Shown here: positions 1-8,562 of the stretch, piece by piece | Layout of the letters: each line of letters begins with the position of its first letter | How positions within the stretch are numbered: position 1 is the stretch's first letter | Assembly: GCF_006345805.1 (NCBI RefSeq) | Contig: NW_021825056.1 | Span: 1-16,752 of the forward strand | Source: Octopus sinensis | Lineage: Eukaryota | Length of the DNA stretch: 16,752 nt | Reading direction: 5' to 3' | Made by a program: the position numbers and the translations under genes | The notes under the pieces: generated by a model | The model's input: the letters and a program-made list of their open reading frames with translations, nothing else | The model's database searches: none | What the model was told of the DNA's origin: nothing

Positions 1-174
1 CAATAGGTGAACCGCGATAGGTGATCCGCGACATGGCGTGGGATTACTGTACATAGCATTGAAATGACTTTTATTTTTCTCGCTCCCTAGGAATTATAGG
101 GTCGGTCATCCAGTTTCGAAACCTAAATGACTGAGATCTCTGTATTCGTCCTGAACGGAACGTTGGACAGTTAC

Positions 175-365
175 AGGTTTCCCGGCAAGTAAGTTTGAAG
201 GGAGGGGTAAGTCGATTGCATTGACCCAGTACTTTACTGGTGTTTTGTAAACCTAAAGACGGAAGGCAAAGTTGCCTTCCTCGGGATTTGAGCTCAAAAC
301 GTAATGAGCCGGAAGACATACCACCATCTTTTTGTCCGATGTGCTAACGCTTCTGCCAGCTCGCC
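175..365 (-). mobile_element. tRNA-derived SINE, family A, diverged copy
   Basis: Reverse complement reads GGCGAGCTGGCAGAAGCGTTAGCAC...TACGTTTTGAGCTCAAATCCC...ACTTTGCCTTCC, matching the family A copies at 2346, 5045 and 11776; A-box-like and B-box-like motifs present. Confidence 0.8.
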
Positions 366-495
366 TCTTTATTAGGATTACATACATTTAATCGACTGCA
401 ATCCGCTCATAAAGGTGGTGGTCATGTTCCTGTTTTGCAGATTAACATTATTGCCAATACCACTTAAGAATTTAGAAAGTTCAAAATGTTTATTG

Positions 496-806
496 GTGGA
501 GGCGCAATGGCCCAGTGGTTAGGGCAGTAGACTCGCGGTCGGAGGATCGTGGTTTCGACTACCACACCGGGCGTTGTGTGTGTTTATTGAGCGAAAACAC
601 CTAAAGCTCCATGAGGCTCCAGCAGGGGGTGGTGGTAACCCCTGTTGTACTCTTTCTCACACTCTCTCTTCCTGTTTCTTGAGTAACGCTGCGATGGACT
701 GGCGTCCCGTCCAGCTGGTGGTGGGGGACACACATACGCCACAGAACCCGGGAAACCGGACCCATGAGCCTGGCTAGGCTTGAAAAGGGAGCATAAATAA
801 ATAAAT
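496..806 (+). mobile_element. Full-length tRNA-derived SINE, family B head with body type 1 (V/Meta-domain-like GCGATGGACTGGCGTCCCGTCCAG) and (TAAA)n tail
   Basis: A box TGGCCCAGTGG, B box GGTTTCGACT; 13-bp TSD AAAATGTTTATTG at 483-495 and 807-819; head shared with 8132-8519 and 12593-12966. The domain name comes from recall only. Confidence 0.9.
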
Positions 807-899
807 AAAATGTTTATTGTATTAGACGTTATATATACCTAACACATATACACGAAATGATAACTGAAAATATCGTTGTGGTTCGGCTGGTACAGTATT

Positions 900-1720
900 T
901 CTTGACCTACTTTGTTGAGAGTGGAGTCTGGAAGTCTGGAATAAAATGCTATAGCCCTTTGTTTACGGAAGACTAATGGCTTTTGGAAGGACCTTTGGCC
1001 TTTCGCCAGTCAAGAAGGGGCCGAGGAAGATAGAGTAAGGAAGAATCTAGTGACAGTGAAGAAGAGGAAGAAGAAAGTAGTGAGAAAAACAGAGTAAGGG
1101 ATCTGAGAGCTGTCATGAGAGAGTGACAGCAGCGGCGTCGATGAAGATAGGCAGATTAAGGAATTTGGGAGCAGATAGAGAGAATAGTAGCAGTGCTAAG
1201 ACAGATTGAGGGGAGTGATAGAGCAAGAGGTTTTTGGACAGTCGCTTTTTGGAAGTCAAAGCGAGCAGTTGGGATTTTAGGAGCGAGGATTTGGGAATTC
1301 GGGGCAAGAGTTTGGCAAGTTGGAGCTAGCAGTACTGAGAGAGATGAGGTACAATATGAGGCGTTGGCTAATGTAAGGTACGTGAATTGTGTATTGATAT
1401 GTGAAGAAAAAGAAGGAAAAGGAATCGATCTATCAAATGTTGAAAAGAAATGAGACAGTAAAAAGGAATTTAATGAACAATGTGAATTGAGTAAAGGACT
1501 TGTTGATGTGTCGATTATCGAGTTGTGGTATTTATGTTCAGAATTGTGCTGATACATGTTACAAAAGAAAGTAGAAAAAGACTTTAAAGAACTGTGAACG
1601 TTATTTGTTTAATTGGATTTGGAACATTGATTTGTAACGTGAAATATTTGTGACATGAACATTGTATACTGTTCTTGCATGTGTACTCTTTAATTCCTGT
1701 TGTTATTGAACTTGATGTGT
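900..1720. mobile_element. Probable decayed retroelement internal fragment (unassigned)
   Basis: Strongly strand-asymmetric (purine/TG-rich on +) with broken ORFs; a minus-strand frame gives SSVNKGL*HFIP, loosely like the KGLNFxP motif upstream of PLE RT; abuts the TGT...ACA module. Confidence 0.3.
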
Positions 1721-2026
1721 TGTTACGGACTGTTATAGTATCTGCATGTTTAAATACTTTGATCTGTGGTATATCTGTATGATGTATTGAGTTGTCACGT
1801 GCATGTCCTCTTTTAAATGTACCTGATATGTATTTGATGTTGTAACAATTGATTGTCATAAACTAGTGTTAAATGTAAGCCAGTTGCCTTGCCTCTTTGT
1901 CTCTCTCTCGATTGCCTCTGTGCTGCTGCTACTGCTGTTGTTGTTGTGTCTCTCTCTCCTCTCCGACGAGTTTCCGTGGCAAGAACATTCGCTGATCGAC
2001 CGAGCGACGGCAGGTGGTCCGTAACA
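1721..2026. repeat. LTR-like 306-bp module with 10-bp terminal inverted repeats
   Basis: TGTTACGGAC (1721-1730) and GTCCGTAACA (2017-2026) are exact reverse complements with TG...CA ends; sharp composition change at 2026. No clear TSD, PBS or PPT. Confidence 0.4.
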
Positions 2027-2345
2027 ATATATTAAATTTAATAACATTTTTTCCTTATTGTACCATTAATATTCTTCGATATATCTCCATTTAGGTTAAC
2101 ATTCACATAATGCTCACCATCTGGAAAAATTGGAAATAAATAAATGGCAAATATAATTTCATTTAAATAAATAATTTTTACCATTTAGGAAAACTTTATC
2201 ACCTTTAAATTTCAAAGTGTACCTGATTTTCTAAGAGTATTTATTTTCTAAGGAATATATTTCGATTAATGTTTCTCAAAGTTTTTACTCTCAACTTTAA
2301 TTTCGATCAGACTGTTTTTTGGTCAATATTTTTTTGGCAAGTCAA

Positions 2346-2674
2346 GGCGGTTTGCTGACAGAAATGTTAGCACGCTGGGCAAAATGCTTAGCGCTATTTC
2401 GTCTGCCGTTACGTTCTGAGTTCAAATTCCGCCGAGGTCGACTTTGCCTTTCATCCTTTCGGGGTCGATAAATTAAGTACTAGTGACGCACTGGGAACGA
2501 TCTAATCGACTTAGTCCCTTTATCTGTCCTTGTTTGTACCGTCTCTGTTTAGCCCCTTGTGGGCAATAAAGAAATAAGAAATGTTAGCGAGCCGGGCGAA
2601 ATACTTAGCGGTATTTCGTCTGTCTTTACGTTCTGAGTTCAAATTCCGCCGAGGTCGACTTTGCCTTTCATCCT
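2346..2674 (+). mobile_element. Family A SINE plus a tandem truncated second unit (2577-2674)
   Basis: GGCGG..GTTAGCACG..GTTCTGAGTTCAAATTCCGCCGAGGTCGACTTTGCCTTTCATCC..AAAGAAATA, then a restart at AGAAATGTTAGC. Confidence 0.9.
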
Positions 2675-2684
2675 GTGCTGTGAC

Positions 2685-2987
2685 TTCCCAAACTGGAAGT
2701 CACTGCACAGTTACAAATATCCCAGTCATCCCATTTAGTGGGAGGAACATGTACTTTGCCAAAACATCTGAGACATTTGCATGGAATGAGGTGGATGCTT
2801 TGAAGGAATATCTTGTTCAAGTTTCCAGATGAGCCTACATCACAACAAGAAACTAATAAGAAGTCTGGAATATCGAACTCTCTCCTTCGCTGATAGCGAA
2901 TCACATAAGAATGGCTATTGAAAATGTGATGATACTGGCGGTGCCCCAACATGGCCACAGCCTTTGAGTTGAAACGCATGAAAGAAT
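2685..2987 (+). mobile_element. 3' end of a CR1/L2-group LINE (decayed ORF2 C-terminus and 3' UTR)
   Basis: Frameshifted translation TGSHCTVTNIPVIP...LPKHLRHLHGMRWML*RNILFKFPDEPTSQQETNKKSGISNSLLR* (PDEP at 2825-2836, stop 2891-2893) resembles the post-RT C-terminus of invertebrate CR1/L2-like LINEs (recall); the tail GGCGGTGCCCCAACATGGCCACAG follows. Confidence 0.7.
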
Positions 2988-3499
2988 ATATATTCATATA
3001 CGTATGTATTCGCAAATTTACATACAAAGACAACCCACTAAGCACATATACATACGTATGTACAAGTTTCGTAATGCAGACAAGAAAATAGGGCTCAAAA
3101 CATCAACCACTGCCCAAAACTCTCAGTCCTTTATACGAAAAATGCGTCCAACCCAAAGACAAAACAGCAATCGACCCAAGATCTATGAACATGAACCAAC
3201 ATCTTAAACACTACTCCACAAACTGTTATTAGCTGTCTTTAATATTAAGTTCTATAATTGCCGCAGAAACATTAATATTAATATAAATAAATGTTGCATT
3301 TAAATTGCTCGCAGTAATTGAGATAAATTACTTTTTGGAAAGCATCTTCGATGTTCTTTAACCTAAAGAGTATTTTGCAAAATTGATGTAATTTTATTTT
3401 CTATTAATTTCAAATGAAGTAAAGGATCAACCATCAGCAGGAAAAAAAAAATTTGATAATGAACTTGTTTACATCTTAAGTCCAAACAACTGGGGGGAA

Positions 3500-3652
3500 A
3501 ATGGCGATTGGTAAAAAGTTTGCTTCGCAATCACGGTTCCGGGTTCAGTACCAATGCGCGGCATCTTGGGCGAGTTTCTTCTGCCATAGCTTCAGGCAGT
3601 CCAAAGCTTTGTTCTTGGATTTAGTGGGCGAAAACTGGAAGAAATCCATCGC

Positions 3653-3653
<1 letters not shown>
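3500..3653 (+). mobile_element. Family C SINE 5' half (tRNA/CORE-like head)
   Basis: GGTTCCGGGTTCAGTACC..TCTTGGGCGAGTTTCTTCTGCCATAGC..GAAATCCATCGCGTA(TA)n, homologous to the heads at 4154 and 6153. Confidence 0.8.
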
Positions 3654-3728
<75 letters not shown>

Positions 3729-3750
3729 GTATACATACATACATACATAT
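3654..3750. repeat. Compound microsatellite (TA)n(TAGA)n(TACA)n
   Basis: Read directly. Confidence 0.95.
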
Positions 3751-3939
3751 AGTAATATAGTTAGTAGCTAATTAAGCACATGGGATACACCTGGTAGTCT
3801 GTCGGTAAAGCACGTTTGGGCCTTGGGCTAGCTGTAGCCCACCGCAGTATTATGTCACTGGATCTAGCTCAGGAAATCCTCAGTGTTCGTCGAATATGTA
3901 ATTAATAAGTTTTATAATAGAAGATATATATGTATACAT

Positions 3940-4147
3940 ATGTGTGTCTTTGTGTTTGTGTGTGTACCCCACCACCGCTTAACAACGTCTCCGTATCTTA
4001 GTTCGGCAAAAGACATCGATAGAAAAAGTGTGAGTCTTAAAAGAACAATTAAAATCTACTTGGATCGATTTGCTCTACTAAACTCTTCAAGACGGTGGTG
4101 CCCCCGACATGGTCGCAATCCAATAACTGAAAGAAGTAAAAGAGAAA
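3940..4147 (+). mobile_element. Family C SINE 3' half (diverged)
   Basis: (TG)n-CCCCACCACCGCTTAACAAC...TTCGGCAAAAGAC..GATAGAA..GGTGGTGCCCC..CATGGTCGCA..ACTGAAAGAAGTAAAAGAG, matching the tails at 5021-5630, 7610-7830 and 13060-13290. Confidence 0.75.
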
Positions 4148-4333
4148 TCACGCAAGCTTGCTTATCAACCATATGGTTCCGGGTTCAGTCCCACTGCGTG
4201 GCACCTTAGGCAAGTGTTTTCTACTATAGCCTCGGGCCGACAAAAGCCTTGTGAGTGGATTAGTTAGACGGAGGCTGAAAGAAGCCTGTCGTATATATAT
4301 ATATATTTGAAGGTTTGGCACTGGTATTATATA

Positions 4334-4550
4334 TTAGAAAATATGAGATACTCAGAAATCTGAATGATTGTATATTTACAGATATTTATTAGTGTTACAT
4401 GTTTTATAAATCATATATCATATATTAGTGCTTTACTCCACTCTAGTGGAATCTTCAGTCCACTAGAGTGGACGAAAGCGCTATATTTATATGATTTATA
4501 AAAACATGTAACATACTGATAACCATCCAGATTTCTGAGTAACTCATTTC

Positions 4551-4553
<3 letters not shown>
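4334..4553. repeat. Degenerate fold-back (inverted repeat) centred on a hammerhead ribozyme core
   Basis: 4437-4450 pairs perfectly with 4459-4472; pairing continues outward with mismatches and indels to 4334/4553; the loop 4451-4458 (ATCTTCAG) contains the reverse complement of CTGAAGA; the right arm has GAAA-GCGC-TA. Confidence 0.85.
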
Positions 4554-4599
<46 letters not shown>

Positions 4600-5044
4600 G
4601 GCTTCATTTCCATACACGCCAGCTTAATTTAATTCGTCCTTAGTCGAAAGACAGCTGTTGTTAATGTCGTGTTGTTTGCATTTGTATTTGTGTAACATTT
4701 CTCCGCTTTTTCCGTCTTTCTTTTTGTATACATTCGCAGGTTTCTTCCAAGGAATCCTGTGCTCTTAGCTTAGATTTTTCTTGGGGCTGGCCGGATTGGA
4801 GCAGTCTCGAATATAACCAGCCGAAACTGCTGAGAAGATCTGGAACTCGACTGACGATGGAAAACTCAGAATGACCCGTCCTTGTTTTTTCTTTCCCTTT
4901 TTGTATTCTTTTTTCTTAATATATACATGGTGCCGCGTACGTACACTTTAGGTCTCTTATACATGTGTGTGTGTGTGTGTTTTGTGTATTTGTATATGTA
5001 TATGGTTATGTGTCTTTGTTTATCCCCCAATATTGCTTGACAAG

Positions 5045-5458
5045 GTGGCGAGCTGGCAGAATCGTTAGCACGCCGGGCGAAATGCTTAGCGGTATTTCGT
5101 CTCCCGTTACGTTCTGAGTTCAAATTCCGCCGAGGTCGACTTTGCCTTTCATCATTTCGGGGTCGATGAATTAAGTACCAGTTACGCACTGGGGTCGATG
5201 TAATCGCCTTAATCCGTTTGTCTGTCCTTGTTTGTCCTCTCTGTGTTTAGCCCCTTGTGGGTAGTAAAGAAATAGGCATATCGTCTGCCATTACGTTCTG
5301 AGTTCAAATTCCGCCGAGGTCGACTTTGCCTTTCGTCCTTTCGGGGTCGATTAAATGAGTACCAGTTACGCACTGGGGTCGATATAATAGACTTAATCCC
5401 TTTATCTGTCCTCGTTTCTCTCCTCTATGTTTAGCCCCTTGTGGGCAATAAAGAAATA
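5045..5458 (+). mobile_element. Family A SINE tandem dimer (unit 1 5045-5274, 5'-truncated unit 2 5275-5458)
   Basis: Single 16-bp TSD AATATTGCTTGACAAG at 5029-5044 and 5459-5474. Confidence 0.92.
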
Positions 5459-6008
5459 AATATTGCTTGACAAGCGATGCTGGTGCGTTTACGTCACCGT
5501 AACTTAGCAATTCGGCAAAAGTGAACGATAGAATAAGTACTAGGCTTACAAAGAATAAGTCCTGAGTTCGATTTGCGCGACTAAAGGCGGTGATCCAACA
5601 TAGCGGCAGTCAAATGACTGAAACAAATAATATTAGAAAATTGATACGTAAAGTACCGTACCATTCTATTTAATCAGCGCATTTCATTTACGAAACGTCA
5701 ATGTATTTCCCAGTGCAATAAAGGCAGCGCAAATATCGTCGTTGAAAATTCAATATTAAAATATTGTCATGAAGAATAACATCCCGAATTGTAAGACTTC
5801 TAATTACTTTGTTATGTGTCAAAGAATCCATAGCAATTATGCGAAATAGATTTAATAGGCAATTTCGTATTAATAGCAAGAGAGGTGCGTATAAAATTGT
5901 ATTCCAGAACCAATTGAATTGTCAGCATCATTATTACTTATTGTAATTGTAACAATTAGCATTTCAGAAGTATCAGCTGCTGATATATAAATGACACTTG
6001 GGGATTCA

Positions 6009-6072
6009 TTCTTCTTCTTCTTCTTCTTCTTCTTCTTCTTCTTCTTCTTCTTCTTCTTCTTCTTTCTTCTTC

Positions 6073-6146
<74 letters not shown>

Positions 6147-6148
6147 TA
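6009..6148. repeat. (CTT)n(ATT)n microsatellite
   Basis: Read directly; explains the poly-F/poly-I ORF at 5991. Confidence 0.95.
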
Positions 6149-6152
6149 TATA

Positions 6153-6315
6153 TGGGACAGATTGGGCAGTTTAGTCCGAAGTTTGTTTCACGGCCACATG
6201 CTTCCGGGTTCACCCCCACTTCGTGGAACTTTAGACAAGTGTCTTCTACTAAAGCCCCGGGTCGACCAAAGCCTTATGAGAGGAACTGCTTGACGGAAGC
6301 TGTAAGAAGTCCATC

Positions 6316-6317
<2 letters not shown>
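6153..6317 (+). mobile_element. Family C SINE 5' half; its internal (TA)n hosts the inserts up to about 7609
   Basis: CCACATGCTTCCGGGTTCACCCCCACTTCGTGGAACTTTAGACAAGTGTCTTCTACT..GAAGTCCATCGTA(TA)n. Confidence 0.8.
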
Positions 6318-6387
<70 letters not shown>

Positions 6388-6866
6388 ATATTATATTAAA
6401 TTAGAGATAAAACCACTATTAGGCAAATCAAACAGTGAAAAACATAAGCCAATACATAAAATTAATTTAAAAATATAAAAGTTTAAAAAATTATTTAAAT
6501 AATCTAAACTTATAAATTTCGATTTATTCCCTAATATTATTATTATTATATTATTATTATTATATTATTATTATTATATTATTATTATTATATTTATATA
6601 TATATATAAGTTTAACAATTAAGGATAATCTCTTAATAAGGGATCTTAACAAGAAATTATCGGGTAGCTAGCGTGAAAACCTCATAAAAGAAAAGAATTC
6701 GAAAATAATTTTTTTTCTTTTGAACAAATTAATTATATCTATATTGTATAGAGGGCATATTACACATAAATGCCTCACACTAGGAGGGACAAAGTCATTA
6801 CTACCAAAATTATACTAATCATACCCAAATGCAGTTTTTCAAAGCAAGACATTTAAAAATGAATTT

Positions 6867-6924
6867 AGTTCTGTATCACCGTGATTTCACATTCAACTTA
6901 CGTCTAATGATCGTCAGCAGAACT
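6867..6924 (-). ncRNA. Type-I hammerhead ribozyme (mirror copy in the left arm)
   Basis: Exact reverse complement of 6976-7033. Confidence 0.8.
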
Positions 6925-6975
6925 GATTCTGAACACATCATAAATAAATAGTTTATTTATGATGTGTTCAGAATC

Positions 6976-7033
6976 AGTTCTGCTGACGATCATTAGACGT
7001 AAGTTGAATGTGAAATCACGGTGATACAGAACT
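6976..7033 (+). ncRNA. Type-I hammerhead ribozyme, minimal PLE type
   Basis: Helix I AGUUCUG (6976-6982)/CAGAACU (7027-7033); core CUGACGA 6983-6989; helix II 6990-7011 with a GUAA tetraloop; GAAA 7012-7015; near-palindromic helix III AUCAC-G-GUGAU 7015-7025; cleavage triplet AUA, predicted cut after 7026. Confidence 0.85.
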
Positions 7034-7157
7034 AAATTCATTTTTTAAATGTCTTGCTTTGAAAACTGCATTTGGGTATGATTAGTATAATTTTGGTAGT
7101 AATGACTTTGTCCCTCCTAGTGTGAGGCATTTATGTGTAATAATGCCCTCTATACAA

Positions 7158-7220
<63 letters not shown>

Positions 7221-7240
7221 CGTACTTATATATACGTGCG

Positions 7241-7291
7241 TGTGCTCCAGCAGAGCCGCATCAAATGACTGAAGCAGGTAAAAGAATAAAA

Positions 7292-7295
<4 letters not shown>
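7241..7295 (+). mobile_element. Short 3' tail of family C SINE or its partner LINE
   Basis: GTGCTCCAGCAGAGCCGCATCAAATGACTGAAGCAGGTAAAAGAATAAAAGAATA. Confidence 0.75.
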
Positions 7296-7359
<64 letters not shown>

Positions 7360-7415
7360 CAAAGTGGAGTTGTAGATACGAAAGGTTTGAAAATGCAATT
7401 TAAAAAGATGTTTAT

Positions 7416-7460
7416 TTACTTTACCGGTTTCACTCTTTAGAAAAAGATTGTCAAAAGTAA
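7416..7460 (-). ncRNA. Decayed type-I hammerhead ribozyme within a PLE-like fragment (7359-7570) flanked by (TA)n
   Basis: Minus strand: TTACTT-TTGACAA-TCTTTTTCTAAAGAGT-GAAA-CCGG-TA-AAGTAA; perfect 6-bp helix I, palindromic helix III ACCGGT, two core substitutions relative to CTGACGA. Confidence 0.6.
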
Positions 7461-7571
7461 CATGTAGAAGTTTGGTTGTGTTAATTATTGGTTGTCACAA
7501 AATGCTACAATACATATATACAGTCTTTGGTAACAAGAACATGTTAAGAACATAAAAAAGTTTAACAAGTT

Positions 7572-7602
<31 letters not shown>

Positions 7603-7609
7603 ATATATT

Positions 7610-7830
7610 TGCGCGTGCTTGTCGCCCATCACCGCTTCACAACCGATGTTCGTGAGTTTATGTTCCTATAATCTAGAGATACGGGACAAACGACCGATAG
7701 GATACGTACCAGGTTTAAAATACAAGTATCGGGGTTGATTCGTTCGACTAAAAGATTTGTTTTGAAGGCGGTAGCCCAGCATGGCTGCAGTCTAATGCTT
7801 GAACCAAGTGAAACAATTAAAGAATAAATG
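7610..7830 (+). mobile_element. Family C SINE 3' half
   Basis: GTCGCCCATCACCGCTTCACAACCGATG...GGCGGTAGCCCAGCATGGCTGCAGTCTAATGCTTGAACCAAGT. Confidence 0.75.
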
Positions 7831-8131
7831 AATTTGAGCCAAGTGATTTTCACACATATTTTACAGAGAAATTCCAAAGCCAGACAAATTCTATCAACCG
7901 TGTAAATCACCACCACAAATAAAGCATTTATAATCCTTCTTAATATCAGCCAAATGAAGACATTAATTATTATTACGCTGAACCATTTATAAAGAATCAG
8001 ACAGCATAGCAGCAGAATATAATGTTGATTGGACATTATTGTAATCGCATTCACTAGAATCTCTTTTAATGTTAGTACCTGTTGTGTTGTATCGAGTGCA
8101 TGAGACGCCGCCTTGGGACAAATACTACAGT

Positions 8132-8519
8132 GGTGGAAGCACTCCGTCGGTTACGACGACGAGGGTTCCGGTTGATCCGAATCAACGGAACAGCCTGCTC
8201 GTGAAATTAACGTGTAAGTGGCTGAGCACTCCACAGACACGTGTACCCTTAACGCAGTTCTCGGGGATATTCAGCGTGACACAGAGAGTGACAAGGCCGG
8301 CCCTTTGAAATACAGGTACAACAGAAACAGGAAGTAAGAGTGAGAGAAAGTTGTGGTGAAAGAGTACAGCAGGGGTCACCACCATCCCCTGCCGGAGCCT
8401 CGTGGAGCTTTAGGTGTTTTCGCTCAATAAACACTCACAACGCCCGGTCTGGGAATCGAAACCGCGATCCTATGACCGCGAGTCCTCTGCCCTAACCACT
8501 GGGCCATTGCGCCTCCACT
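8132..8519 (-). mobile_element. Full-length SINE, family B head with body type 2
   Basis: 12-bp TSD AAATACTACAGT at 8120-8131 and 8520-8531; head matches 496 and 12593; body matches 9870-9922 plus 10315-10425. Confidence 0.93.
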
Positions 8520-8562
8520 AAATACTACAGTAACTGGCCTATCGACAATGTTATACGTTCGT

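Larger units (their letters stand above)
4154..5630 (+). mobile_element. Family C SINE inflated by nested insertions (head 4154-4292; tail 5021-5044 plus 5475-5630)
   Basis: Head and tail are recognisable and separated by an internal (TA)/(CA)/(TG) microsatellite containing inserts 4308-4552 and about 4600-4915; the tail is split by a family A dimer with TSD. Confidence 0.75.
6740..7161. repeat. Near-perfect 422-bp palindrome (arms about 209 bp, 3-nt loop TAG at 6949-6951), probable inverted pLTR pair of a Penelope-like element
   Basis: Base-by-base comparison of the arms shows no substitutions and three 1-nt indels in short homopolymer runs; both ends abut TA-rich sequence. Confidence 0.95.

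Noticed and set aside
496-570. tRNA genes at the SINE heads (also 8445-8519, 9714-9790, 12593-12670)
   Set aside because: They have A/B boxes but no complete cloverleaf or acceptor stem, and they run into SINE bodies, three with TSDs.
3877-3883. CTGAGGA on the minus strand as a hammerhead core
   Set aside because: No downstream GAAA or helices.
6740-7161. Classifying the palindrome as a Tc1/mariner MITE
   Set aside because: TA flanks fit, but there is no spacer, no mariner-like terminal motif, and the embedded HHR points to a PLE origin.
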